Shown: one piece after another, positions 18,665 through 27,752 of the stretch
How the letters are laid out: each line of letters begins with the position of its first letter
Numbering within the stretch: the first letter of the stretch is position 1
Origin: a virus
Taxonomy: Duplodnaviria > Caudoviricetes
Length of the DNA: 56,328 nucleotides
Virus record (IMG/VR): IMGVR_UViG_3300021963_000154
Span: 1-56,328 of that record
Direction: 5' to 3' (one strand)
Position numbers and translations under genes: made by a program
Notes under the pieces: generated by a model
What the model saw: the letters and a program-made list of their open reading frames with translations, nothing else
What the model was told of the DNA's origin: nothing
The model's database searches: none

Positions 18665-19723
18665 CTACCTTGTATATGGCATTAAATTTGGAGTGAAGAA
18701 GATCGGCGACTTATCTCTGTTTTCGTTCTGCGCCATCAACAGATGCTTCTCGTACTGTTGCTCACAATAAGCGATGCGAGCAGGATCAACTTGTGGCAAC
18801 TCACACGCCATCTGATGCGCTAATCCCCACTGGATCGCCAAGTAGAAATACTGTGGAATCTCAATCTCGCCGCTCAGGTCACCCACATCCTGAATGTACC
18901 TGTTCAACCACAACTCAAGCTGCGGCTGGATGCTGTTGGGAACGGGCCAGACTTCCATGTTGGGCTGCGGGATCGTGCGGTTGAACCAGTATTGCAGAGG
19001 ACGCAACGCTGTGAACGAACGATTGGGCAAACTGGAGTAATCATCACGGTTCATGCGAGCCATGTTGATCGACATCGGCATTGTGCCGAATACGACCTGA
19101 TAGAAGCCCATATTTACGCCTGAAACCTGCTGAATTCTCCAGAATGGAGCTGTCGCAGATGGATCAAGGTCGTAATAAATCCATGTTCCAGATGTCCAAG
19201 CAACAGTGCCGGGGTCATACACCGTCGTCCAAGTCGAACCATCCTGCGAATATTGCAATTGAATGGCAACGTTGCCAGTCACGGCAGGCAAAATACCGAT
19301 CGTGCTGATGTAAACAGCATTATTTGTACCGTTTGCAATGCCGATAGAGCCTGTATTGTTGGTCAGTTGACATACAAGGTCGCCCACGCCATTAAAAGCG
19401 TTCAGAGCCGTTCCTGATGTGCTGTAAGCGCCTGTTGAAACGTTGGTCAGGGTACGATAATTGGCGTTCAAGACGTCAACAGTGCCAACTGGCAAGAAAT
19501 ATTCGAATTTATCTGGCTGCAAACCAACGATAACCTTGTTGATTGCCCAATAATTGACGCCGTAATTGGCGAGACTGGAGAGCAAATAGTACAGACTCTG
19601 CTTGGATGCTTGAACTTGCTCAACGGTTAGCTCTTCTGCAAGCTTTCCTGCCCGACGAGCGCCGTGGTCGATCAACTGTTGGACAGAGATTGTGGTCTGA
19701 GAGACAGTTCCGCTAGTTGACAT
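18665..19723 (-). CDS. Head-tail connector/tail tubular protein
   Basis: MSTSGT...LIDHGARRAG, NRDDYSSLPN...RPLQYWF.R, VWPVP, LAIQWGLA. Confidence 0.65.
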   Translation of the reverse strand: MSTSGTVSQTTISVQQLIDHGARRAGKLAEELTVEQVQASKQSLYYLLSSLANYGVNYWAINKVIVGLQPDKFEYFLPVGTVDVLNANYRTLTNVSTGAYSTSGTALNAFNGVGDLVCQLTNNTGSIGIANGTNNAVYISTIGILPAVTGNVAIQLQYSQDGSTWTTVYDPGTVAWTSGTWIYYDLDPSATAPFWRIQQVSGVNMGFYQVVFGTMPMSINMARMNRDDYSSLPNRSFTALRPLQYWFNRTIPQPNMEVWPVPNSIQPQLELWLNRYIQDVGDLSGEIEIPQYFYLAIQWGLAHQMACELPQVDPARIAYCEQQYEKHLLMAQNENRDKSPIFFTPNLMPYTR

Positions 19724-20242
19724 CTACCACCCCGGACATTTCCAGCGTTTTAACGAGGCTTTCGCACGAGGTGCGTCACCGCTTGCATTCTTTACTACAC
19801 CACTCATGCGTGCGCAGAATGAATCTTTGCGCGATCCGCCTTGCGGTTGGGGAGCTTTTAGGTTGCTTCCCGTCTCACGATTATACTTTGCGCGACCCTT
19901 GGCGGTAAGCCCTGCGCCACGCTCAACAGATAATTTTTCACCACGACCAACAGCAAGCGATACGCCGCCTTCTTTCATCTTGGCAGTCTTTGCAGACTCT
20001 TTGAATGCGTCGGCTGTAGGTGCGCCCTCGCTGCCCACCTTGCGCATTTTCTCGCCTGATCCTGCCGCAATGCGCTCACGCTTGGCATGGATGTTGGCAT
20101 ACAGTCCACCGCGCTTCATGCCCTTATCAGCCTTCTCAAATTCCTTGCCCACGCTAGTCGGGATGCCAACCTTCTTGGCAAACTTAGGGCTGTGTGCCAC
20201 TGCTTGCATCAAACGCTTTTGGGCAGGGGATTTGCTTGGCAT
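19724..20242 (-). CDS. Basic virion-region protein (DUF6321-like C-terminus) with two xKxGG motifs
   Basis: MPSKSPAQKRLM.AVAH, MKRGG, GLYANIHAKRER, MKEGG, SFCARMSG...SLKRWKC. Confidence 0.7.
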   Translation of the reverse strand: MPSKSPAQKRLMQAVAHSPKFAKKVGIPTSVGKEFEKADKGMKRGGLYANIHAKRERIAAGSGEKMRKVGSEGAPTADAFKESAKTAKMKEGGVSLAVGRGEKLSVERGAGLTAKGRAKYNRETGSNLKAPQPQGGSRKDSFCARMSGVVKNASGDAPRAKASLKRWKCPGW

Positions 20243-20244
20243 GA

Positions 20245-20976
20245 TTAGTCTGCGTTCTTAATGAGGTAGCCTTCTTGCGAGATGGCAACAGCGCCTGTGC
20301 CTGAGTCAATTTTACATTGCAACTGAATATCGGTTTTTTCCGCAAATGGGCGAGGCATAACACGCAACGCATCATAACTAACCGGAAAAGGTGCTTGCTG
20401 AGTAAGAGTCACAACACCTGTCGGGCTAGTTGTTTTGTTCTGGTATGTTACAAACTTGTTGCCGTTGAGTGATGTATAGATATTCACTCGCTGTAAGAAA
20501 TACGTGAATCCAGCAGGAACAGTGTAAATAGCTGCCTGTGTACGACCTACTCCAGCATTGATCTGTGCGTAAATTACAGTATTTGTGAGATTTTTCAGCG
20601 TCACAACACCAGCAGGGTTTGTGGCACTACCTGCCGTGACTTGCATGCTGTTAATGCGCAAATAAGACTTTACTGTTTGAACGGGTGTTTCGCCATTCAT
20701 AACCAGTGTTTCAGAAATTGGCAGGTAGTTTGCATCCAGTCCGCTAATCAAAATTGATGCGGTATCGCCTGCCGTACCAGCCAAATTCATTTGCGTGGCA
20801 GCTACAGGGTAAGTGTATTGCGTTGCATTTTCCCAAATAGGGATAAAGTCAGTCGCTACAACAGTTTGATAACCATACACGTTGACGGTGGAATGACCCA
20901 TAACCTGACCACGAGCAACCTGTAGGTCAAATGGTTCATACGCACCCTGCCGAGTTGCGGAAGAGTATGTACCCAT
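20245..20976 (-). CDS. Virion structural protein
   Basis: EPFDLQVARGQ..H, IYTVPAG, EKTDIQ; beta-rich; in the head cluster. Confidence 0.6.
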   Translation of the reverse strand: MGTYSSATRQGAYEPFDLQVARGQVMGHSTVNVYGYQTVVATDFIPIWENATQYTYPVAATQMNLAGTAGDTASILISGLDANYLPISETLVMNGETPVQTVKSYLRINSMQVTAGSATNPAGVVTLKNLTNTVIYAQINAGVGRTQAAIYTVPAGFTYFLQRVNIYTSLNGNKFVTYQNKTTSPTGVVTLTQQAPFPVSYDALRVMPRPFAEKTDIQLQCKIDSGTGAVAISQEGYLIKNAD

Positions 20977-21281
20977 TACGCAATTCCCGCCTGTACAACT
21001 TTCATGGTTACTGTGCCAGTGCCAGAATTAACCAGCGTCTTGAGCCCAGTAATAGGGAAATTGATTGCGCCATCTTCATTACCAGTCTTGCTAGTGATGG
21101 TCGCATCATCGAACCATGTAGTAAAACCAGACTCTGGATCGTCATATGTGAACTGAACAGAGTAATTAACAGTGCCAGTCACAATCACCGCAAAGCCAAT
21201 ATTGATGGGCGTACAGTTTGTATTGATGACAATAGGAGTTGTTGAGCCTGCGCCAGTTCGAGAGACCACTTGTACTTTCAT
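20976..21281 (-). CDS. Small virion structural protein
   Basis: Beta-rich 101 aa (NYSVQFTYDDP...VVQAG) coupled to its neighbour. Confidence 0.6.
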   Translation of the reverse strand: MKVQVVSRTGAGSTTPIVINTNCTPINIGFAVIVTGTVNYSVQFTYDDPESGFTTWFDDATITSKTGNEDGAINFPITGLKTLVNSGTGTVTMKVVQAGIA

Positions 21282-21327
21282 GACAATCCTTCAAGAAGGT
21301 GGGGTGACCTAAGTCACCCCGTTCCTA

Positions 21328-22080
21328 TTACCAGCAACCGCCTTTTTTCATCCCTTTGAAGCCAGACTCACCGCCTGTCTTCATCGCACAATGACCGCCG
21401 TCTTTATAGCCAGCAGGTGCTTGCTTGATCGACTTTGTGCCGAGAGGTTTCGTAGGCATCTTAGGACCGCCGTGCATCAAAGTATTCTCATACTTCTTGA
21501 CGCTGCCGCCCTTAGCGTAACCACGACCCTCTAGACCACCAGTCTTGGTGTTTAAGGACTTAACTTGCTTGGCTGTGACCATCTTGGTTTTAGCTTCTTG
21601 AGCAACAGTGTTGCGCTGAATCTTGCCACCAGACTTGTAGCCGGGACCTTCGATGCCGCCAGTCACACGCTTTGGGTTAGGACGAGTTGCCTCGATCCCG
21701 CCGAGCAGACCACCCATCTTCAAGCCCTTGTGAGCCTTGGATGCTGGCTTGCCTTCATGCGCCTTAAGCTCGCTCTTGAGACCACTGATCTCACGCTCTT
21801 CTTTTGCATGCATGGCTTTGCTCTCGACTTCGCCACCTTTCTTGCGCATCATCGGCGCACGTTGAGCCATCGCAGCTTCCATCATTGCTGCGCGTGGATC
21901 AGGACGACGAGCAGGCATTGCACGACGCCCCATAGGAGCAGCAGCAGCCGCCAAAGGTGCTACAGGCATTGCTCCGCCCATAGCCATCTTCTTTGTCTTG
22001 CCGCCTTTCTTCATACCGTTACCGACTTCATCAACTGAAGGCTCAGTTGTATCCATCTTTTCCATGCGTTTGAAACCCAT
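21328..22080 (-). CDS. Very basic low-complexity protein built from about 9 [MYLR][AK]xGG repeats
   Basis: MKKGG, MAMGG, RKKGG, LKMGG, YKSGG, YAKGG, YKDGG, MKTGG, MKKGG; AAGGGG RBS. Confidence 0.75.
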   Translation of the reverse strand: MGFKRMEKMDTTEPSVDEVGNGMKKGGKTKKMAMGGAMPVAPLAAAAAPMGRRAMPARRPDPRAAMMEAAMAQRAPMMRKKGGEVESKAMHAKEEREISGLKSELKAHEGKPASKAHKGLKMGGLLGGIEATRPNPKRVTGGIEGPGYKSGGKIQRNTVAQEAKTKMVTAKQVKSLNTKTGGLEGRGYAKGGSVKKYENTLMHGGPKMPTKPLGTKSIKQAPAGYKDGGHCAMKTGGESGFKGMKKGGCW

Positions 22081-22090
22081 GATTTACCCC

Positions 22091-22834
22091 TTAGGCTTGT
22101 GTGACGCCAAGAGCGCCGGTACGAGTAGCTTGAGGACCAACAGCAATCGCTGGCAAGAGGATGCCCATAACGAGGCGCTTAGCACCATCGGGTGCGCTCG
22201 AAGGAACATATGTTCCACGAACATCGCCAGATGTTGTCGTAGCAGTCGTCGTAACAGCGGCAACAAATGTGCCTGCGTCATCAGCCAATGCACCATCCCA
22301 ACCAGAGCGAGCGATGTAGCCAGCGTTGGTGATACGGACAGGTGCGCCAAGGATATCAGTTGTGCCGACTGCAACGGTCACAACAGGGCTACCAGAGATC
22401 GTGATGCTGCTGATCTGATAGAAAGCCTTCTTGCCGTTGACTGTTGTCGATTGGACAGTACCAGTGGCGATAACTTCGCTCATTGGCTGACCGTAGACAT
22501 CGTAGCCAGAGATAGTGACGTTGCGGCTTGTTGGTGTACCAGCGCCAGTCGTTGTAGCGACAGCACGAGGAACATCAAGCTGAACAACCGTAACACCGTC
22601 AGCACGGACAACCGAAGTCGTGCCAGTACCTGCAGTCAGAGTGACTGTCGATGTGTACACGCTTGCAGTTGCAATGTTGTTTGTTGCTTTGGCGACAGGA
22701 ACGCTGTCCCAAACATAGATGCGACCCAAAGGACCGACACCCAAGCCCATTGGCGAAGGATTGCCAAGAGCCGAATTGAGACCCATGTAGGTCTCTGCTG
22801 TTCCGAGGAACAGATCATCTGAAAATTGTGCCAT
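22091..22834 (-). CDS. Virion structural (decoration-like) protein
   Basis: MAQFSDDLFLG, ISGYDVYGQPMSE, GKKAF, GDVRGTY; just downstream of the capsid gene. Confidence 0.65.
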   Translation of the reverse strand: MAQFSDDLFLGTAETYMGLNSALGNPSPMGLGVGPLGRIYVWDSVPVAKATNNIATASVYTSTVTLTAGTGTTSVVRADGVTVVQLDVPRAVATTTGAGTPTSRNVTISGYDVYGQPMSEVIATGTVQSTTVNGKKAFYQISSITISGSPVVTVAVGTTDILGAPVRITNAGYIARSGWDGALADDAGTFVAAVTTTATTTSGDVRGTYVPSSAPDGAKRLVMGILLPAIAVGPQATRTGALGVTQA

Positions 22835-22879
22835 TTTATTCTCCTGTGGCTTGAACCACTCGGGGATTAATCGAAAATA

Positions 22880-23338
22880 CTAAAGAGCGAATGAAGCATT
22901 CTTTCTGACATTTTCAAGGCCGGGTATTACTTGAATATTACTCGGAACATGAAGTCCAGAAACTTTCTTGCCCTGCAAAGGTACAACATGATCGACGTGC
23001 CATTCAAAACCAAGCATTGCGCTTCTTTTTTTGGCTAACTCGTATGCTTCTTCAATCATCCACAGGTCGTCTTGCGTCAACCATTTTGGAGTGCGCTGAA
23101 GAATCATTGCACGACGCTTTGCCTCATAAGATGCACGCTTGTCTGAATTTTGCGAAAACCATTGACGGTTATATGCGTTCCGAGATTCCGCATTACTCTT
23201 GCGATTTTTTGCAAGAATCTCAGAACGTTTTTCAGGGTTAGCCTCAGCCCATGCTTTCGCACGAGCCTTGGTAAGCTCACGATTACGGAGATACCATTCA
23301 CGCTTTAAGTGTTTGGCATTTTCCATATCGCGAGCCAT
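22880..23338 (-). CDS. HNH homing endonuclease directly after the major capsid gene
   Basis: KRRAMILQRTPKWL...WHVDHVVPLQGKKVSGLHVPSNIQV...N..K; same family as 934..1521. Confidence 0.9.
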   Translation of the reverse strand: MARDMENAKHLKREWYLRNRELTKARAKAWAEANPEKRSEILAKNRKSNAESRNAYNRQWFSQNSDKRASYEAKRRAMILQRTPKWLTQDDLWMIEEAYELAKKRSAMLGFEWHVDHVVPLQGKKVSGLHVPSNIQVIPGLENVRKNASFAL

Positions 23339-23353
23339 TTTTACTAATCCTCG

Positions 23354-24268
23354 TCAAACACCCGGCGTGCCGTAAACGGCTCGTGGGTCTGTCCAGCTAA
23401 TTGTGTAACGCTCTGTAGCCTTATAGCGCATGGAGTCGGTCTCAAAGTCCCCCTCCATCGTTTTCTCCAGACCACGGCGCATCATCAACTTCAGACCTTC
23501 AGGAGCGTCTGTCTGTACCCACCAGTTAGTGGCAGAAGTCAGACGGCTCAGCACTGCAGCACCCTCAGGCATCAGACCAATCGACTTGACTGGGTTGATG
23601 TCGTTGTTTGCTGTGCCAGTACGGAGAACCGACTTGAGCAGAACTTCAGCTTGGAACACATTGCCGGGGGCAACGATCAGCTTCAGCGGCTGAAGACGAA
23701 TCTTCTTGCCGTTGTTGTCCACAGCCTGACGAACTTGGATGAGCATCTGCTCAAGCGAAGTTTGCGACAGGTTAGCTGCTGTGCTCAACAGGTTGCTGAA
23801 TGTACCGTTGACGATCGGGTGAGCGTTAGAACTCAATTGAACGCCGTCACCGCCTGTGTAGCTGCTGTTGAACGCACGGTTCAACACGTTAGCTGCAAGC
23901 AGTTCTTTCGTTTCAACCAGCGACTGTGCCAAGTGCTTGGCATAGACCTGACCGATGCGGATGTGATCGCCGTCCTCAACCAACACTTTGGTCAACGCGA
24001 AGGCTAAGCCGTACACATTGTAAACATAGCGCTGGAGGAACAGCACGCCGCCCTGCTGGTACGAGACGGGTGTGCCGTCAGGTAACTGAGGAGCTGCGCC
24101 GAAGCCGTACAGGACGGGTTCTTCGTGGTAGTTGCGTGGGATACCCTGTTGCTCGCGGAACACATGGCTCCACTCGTCAGAGCGTTGGTCATAGACTCCG
24201 TCGAAACACTCGTTGAGGATTGGCTCAACGATCGACCGGAAGTCGGTACTGCGCATTGGAGCTGCCAT
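23354..24268 (-). CDS. Major capsid protein (HK97 fold)
   Basis: 304 aa; EEPVLYGFGAAP, AANVLNRAF, GGDGV.L.S.AHP, KLIVAP, EGDFETDSMRYKATERY...W.DPR; strong GGAGG RBS. Confidence 0.9.
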   Translation of the reverse strand: MAAPMRSTDFRSIVEPILNECFDGVYDQRSDEWSHVFREQQGIPRNYHEEPVLYGFGAAPQLPDGTPVSYQQGGVLFLQRYVYNVYGLAFALTKVLVEDGDHIRIGQVYAKHLAQSLVETKELLAANVLNRAFNSSYTGGDGVQLSSNAHPIVNGTFSNLLSTAANLSQTSLEQMLIQVRQAVDNNGKKIRLQPLKLIVAPGNVFQAEVLLKSVLRTGTANNDINPVKSIGLMPEGAAVLSRLTSATNWWVQTDAPEGLKLMMRRGLEKTMEGDFETDSMRYKATERYTISWTDPRAVYGTPGV

Positions 24269-24281
24269 TTTTTAGCCCTCC

Positions 24282-24869
24282 TTAAATAGCGTTAGTGGTT
24301 GCGACAAACTGTGGCTTGCTGACTTGTACGCGAACGATCACATACGCATCACCCCAGTTGTTGTCAGGATACGGAGCGATGTCAACGATACGGAATTGAG
24401 CAGCCGAACCCGAACCAGCCAAAGAGGCGGAGAGAGTCATCTGTGACAAACCAGTAGTTGTTGAACCTGCCGTAAAGTTGCTCAGGTTAGCTTCGTTGCC
24501 GACAGCCGTTTGAGCCATAGTACCGTCAGTCTGAATTTCATAAACGATCTGTTGATCATTGTAGAAATAAGCGACGACGCTTCCAGCGATTGCAGTAGTT
24601 CCTGCGGGCCAGTAGTTCGACACGCGACGACGACCAGTCGTATCAGTCCACTCAACGCCTGCGAAAGCGCCAGAGACCAAACCACTGTTGGTTGTTGTGT
24701 CGAGAACTGGAAGGATCACGCCAGCGTTTGGCGAGTATTGAACAGCTTGACCTTTGAGGATGGCAGTGCCATAGCCAGAGGTAATTCCATTAGCCAACGC
24801 CTGTGCGCGTTCCAACCCAGTTGGGAAATACGCAGGTCGCAGACCAAAAGGTGCAGAGGTTGCACTCAT
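24282..24869 (-). CDS. Capsid-associated (cement/decoration) protein
   Basis: MSATSAPFGLRP, GAFAGVEWTD, GSTTTGLS; immediately upstream of the capsid gene. Confidence 0.7.
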   Translation of the reverse strand: MSATSAPFGLRPAYFPTGLERAQALANGITSGYGTAILKGQAVQYSPNAGVILPVLDTTTNSGLVSGAFAGVEWTDTTGRRRVSNYWPAGTTAIAGSVVAYFYNDQQIVYEIQTDGTMAQTAVGNEANLSNFTAGSTTTGLSQMTLSASLAGSGSAAQFRIVDIAPYPDNNWGDAYVIVRVQVSKPQFVATTNAI

Positions 24870-25040
24870 AGGATGCTCCTAAAAACGGTTAAAAGGATAA
24901 TGTTTTCGCTTTCTTCAAAGCTACAGGCAAAATCACTAAATGGCGCGATTTTTAGGACTGAATTTGGTTGGTTACCCGCTTTATGCAAAACGGGCAACCT
25001 TGTACTGATTTTAATACATTTTTACAAAAAACAACATCTG
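24870..25040 (-). promoter_or_regulatory. Structured 5' leader/promoter of the capsid operon
   Basis: 170-bp intergenic; hairpin at 24970-24999; TCCTAAAAA/TTTTTAGGA complementarity (24949-24957 vs 24877-24885) covering the AGGAG RBS. Confidence 0.5.
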
Positions 25041-25568
25041 TTAATTGAAGTGTGGTAATTGCACATTGCTCTCATCAGGCAAGCCACCTTCAATTGTGCC
25101 CATAGCCTTACCCGAACGATCACGCTGGCTCACGAGCTGCTCTTGCTGAACCTTGATCTTCTCGGCTTCGTCCATCGGTTGGTAGTGGTGATGCTCAAGC
25201 ATGATGTCCTGATACACATCCATCGGCATCTTGCACAGCAACATCTCGTTGCACATGATGTGACCCGACTGGTCTCCTTCCTTGACCTTGTACATGTCGT
25301 AGCCGGGCATCTCATCAGCACGCACAGGCGTGTAGCCTAGCGAGAACCGACGGTGGATAGGATCGTACTGGCTGTTGGTGGCGAGCCAGCACAGGTGGTA
25401 GCCGGGGATATCAGGGATATTCGGCAACACCGTCTGCTGGAACTCGTTACGAGCGCGACGACGCTCACGGGTCAGCGGAAAGCTCTCTTCGGGGGCGGCA
25501 CGAGTCTCATCTTGCTCGGTGCGGTTCTTGCGGGTGTCTCCCGCACTGCGTTTGATACGGCTATCCAT
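25041..25568 (-). CDS. Conserved head-cluster protein
   Basis: LPNIPDIPGYHLCWL...GYTPV...LLCKMP; lies between scaffold and capsid genes. Confidence 0.7.
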   Translation of the reverse strand: MDSRIKRSAGDTRKNRTEQDETRAAPEESFPLTRERRRARNEFQQTVLPNIPDIPGYHLCWLATNSQYDPIHRRFSLGYTPVRADEMPGYDMYKVKEGDQSGHIMCNEMLLCKMPMDVYQDIMLEHHHYQPMDEAEKIKVQQEQLVSQRDRSGKAMGTIEGGLPDESNVQLPHFN

Positions 25569-25860
25569 GATTAATTCCTTGTTCAACAATTACCCAGTCT
25601 TCAGACAACATATCTGTTTGACTAGCGAGCCAGCCGGGAAGCATTGCTTTTCGACCAGATGAGTTGGTTGTGTACATGTCAATGTGTGGAAGTATCTCGC
25701 CTGATAAAAAACCCGCTTTGTAATAAGCTGATCCTTCAGCACAGTCGACGTTAGACGTGCCAGACACAAGGATTAACCACATCCCTTTTCCGTTCCATCC
25801 TTGTCTGGCTACTTTTTCACCTGATTTCAATGCTTTGATTGCGTCACCAAAATCCATCAT
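25561..25860 (-). CDS. tad2: DUF2829 protein, Tad2-like anti-defence nucleotide sponge
   Basis: MDFGDAIKALKSGEKVARQGWNGKGMW...PHIDM...GWLASQTDMLSEDW, the hallmark DUF2829 motifs. Confidence 0.8.
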   Translation of the reverse strand: MMDFGDAIKALKSGEKVARQGWNGKGMWLILVSGTSNVDCAEGSAYYKAGFLSGEILPHIDMYTTNSSGRKAMLPGWLASQTDMLSEDWVIVEQGINHG

Positions 25861-26819
25861 TGATTCCTTTTGTTTTCACGATCCCAAGCGGCGTACTTTT
25901 TAATCGCCTTGGCTCGTAGTTCTGGGTTGTCCCACATGCCTGCCTCTTTCATCGCTGCGACACGATCTGGAGAGATTCTGAACTCGTTTGCACGCCCTGA
26001 TGGGGCAGACTCACGACCAGAACCCGTCATGCGAGGACGAGCCGTAGCAGGGCGCTGTGGTGCAGATTCTGCACGATGCGGCAGATACTTCGCCACACGA
26101 TCATCAAGCTCTTCCCAATAGTCTGGGCTTGAAGGGTCATAACCCTCGTCAGTCAGCTTCTTATCCAGACGCTGAGCGATTTCTGAGTCCATGTCCTTGG
26201 CTTGTGGGTCGTACCACGGGTTGCGCTCCATCCAAGACGCCGCATTGCGCTGTACCGATGGGTCTGGCACATTCATTGTGGGCTTTGGAGGCTGCGACAT
26301 CTGCCGTGTAGCCTGATCCTTGATGTTCTTGAGTGACTCAACCTTACGCTGAGACTCATACATCATCTCTTGGGCTTTCACGACCGCATCGCCGTCTTGA
26401 TTGGCGACCGCTTCACGCATCTTCATCTTTGCGTACTCGATCTGCACCTCAGTGTCGTCAATTGCCTTGTCAACACGCGCTAATTCAGCGCCAGAAGTGC
26501 GCTTCTCAAGGTGAGCCAGACGCTCAGCAAGTTGCTGGTTCTGGGTCTTGAGAGCATTGATCAGGTGATTGGACTCTTTGGTCTTCTCACGATGAATTTG
26601 CTTCTTGAGCTTGCGCTCTTCGCGTCGAGCAGCACGAATCTGCTCACGATCGGGGTCAGAATCAAGTCCGTCGTTGGCATCATTGACCTCAACCTCGCCA
26701 CCTTCGGCAAGTTCAGGTTTCTGCTCAACTTCAGGAGCTTCTCCTTCCTCCAAGTGCGCAACCGCTGAGCCATCCTGCTCCTCAGCGACTTGCATTTCCA
26801 TTTTATCTGTTGGGTTCAT
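25857..26819 (-). CDS. Capsid scaffolding protein
   Basis: Acidic N-terminus, long coiled coil, W.ERNPWY, GYDP.S.DYWEELD.R, C-terminal basic helix; between portal and capsid genes. Confidence 0.75.
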   Translation of the reverse strand: MNPTDKMEMQVAEEQDGSAVAHLEEGEAPEVEQKPELAEGGEVEVNDANDGLDSDPDREQIRAARREERKLKKQIHREKTKESNHLINALKTQNQQLAERLAHLEKRTSGAELARVDKAIDDTEVQIEYAKMKMREAVANQDGDAVVKAQEMMYESQRKVESLKNIKDQATRQMSQPPKPTMNVPDPSVQRNAASWMERNPWYDPQAKDMDSEIAQRLDKKLTDEGYDPSSPDYWEELDDRVAKYLPHRAESAPQRPATARPRMTGSGRESAPSGRANEFRISPDRVAAMKEAGMWDNPELRAKAIKKYAAWDRENKRNQ

Positions 26820-27226
26820 ACGAATTGCCTCATATCTAGGACTTTTTCGGGGTCAACCTTCGCCCACAACTCAAAGTCATTAAGAACTTGAATAGAGATT
26901 TGATCATCAGGGTCGGTTGGGTTGGGAATCGTGAACCGATCACCAGACCAACGGGGAACGCGCACATAATCACCGACGGAACACCAAAGTCCTTCGCCCC
27001 ATTCGGATAATGTGTCACGATTTTTGAATGCGATCGGTCCGAGTGCAAGAACCTTAGCAACCATTGACTGAACACGCTCAGATTCTCGTGTCTCGTCTAC
27101 TAGGATGATGCCGCCTTTGCTTGCTTTTTTGACGCTTTTGAGCTGTAACAACACTCTAGCGCCGAGAGGTGTGACGCCGGGGTCACAAGATGGGAACGCC
27201 TCGTCGAGGGTCTCAAAGTCCTTCAT
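26816..27226 (-). CDS. GroES/Cpn10-like co-chaperonin
   Basis: PLGARVLL...SKGGIIL...KVLALGP...VGDYV...LND. Confidence 0.85.
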   Translation of the reverse strand: MKDFETLDEAFPSCDPGVTPLGARVLLQLKSVKKASKGGIILVDETRESERVQSMVAKVLALGPIAFKNRDTLSEWGEGLWCSVGDYVRVPRWSGDRFTIPNPTDPDDQISIQVLNDFELWAKVDPEKVLDMRQFV

Positions 27227-27237
27227 ACTTACTCCTT

Positions 27238-27278
27238 AAAATGCCATTCGGCATTTGGTTAAAAGCGCCATTCGGCGC
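27238..27278 (-). promoter_or_regulatory. Two tandem GCC-GAAU-GGC hairpins just 5' of the GroES-like RBS
   Basis: aaatgccattcggcattt (27238-27255) and gcgccattcggcgc (27265-27278) on the plus strand. Confidence 0.55.
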
Positions 27279-27286
27279 GGGTGGTA

Positions 27287-27478
27287 CTACAAATCTTCGT
27301 CCTTCTCCGTCAAAATGTCGTCGAGTATGTCTAGAGCTTCACCTAAGCCCTGATACTGACCGACCATACGGTGGTATGACTCAATATTGATGGCGTAACC
27401 GTCGGCAAGAGACAGCGCTAACTCCAAGCGCCGCTCTTTGAGCCTGCCGATCAGGTCGCTTACGGGATTAACGCCCAC
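27287..27478 (-). CDS. Small conserved head-cluster protein
   Basis: LADG..NIESYHRMVGQYQGL motif, between portal and GroES-like genes. Confidence 0.7.
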   Translation of the reverse strand: MGVNPVSDLIGRLKERRLELALSLADGYAINIESYHRMVGQYQGLGEALDILDDILTEKDEDL

Positions 27479-27752
27479 GACCTGCTGCTTTGCGCATTGG
27501 AACTGCTACAGCGATAGTGATCCCCATGCCTTTTTTGGCGACATTGCCACCCTTTTTATAGGTTGCAATCTTTGTGCCGCTCGATTTCTCAAGTGGTGGG
27601 GGTGCTGAGCCACGAGCTGGTAGGTTTGCCACCTTGCTCTCGCTCATTACAGACCCGCCGTTAGCGTATTTCTGGATAACGGACTTGCCTTTTGCCATCG
27701 GAACGGTTTCGCCCATTGCCATGCGTTTGTGTTGCGAGATTGCGTCAGACAT
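27468..27752 (-). CDS. Small basic protein with YANGG and YKKGG motifs
   Basis: MSDAISQHKRMAMG...; AAGGAG RBS inside the portal 3' end. Confidence 0.65.
   Translation of the reverse strand: MSDAISQHKRMAMGETVPMAKGKSVIQKYANGGSVMSESKVANLPARGSAPPPLEKSSGTKIATYKKGGNVAKKGMGITIAVAVPMRKAAGRGR

Noticed and set aside
21303-21320. Hairpin gggtgacctaagtcaccc as an intrinsic terminator
   Set aside because: No U-tract on either strand; may be a stability or processing hairpin, but unsupported
22835-23353. Group I intron around the HNH next to the capsid gene
   Set aside because: The capsid ORF ends normally (...VYGTPGV*), and the flanks are only 15-45 bp, too short for an intron core
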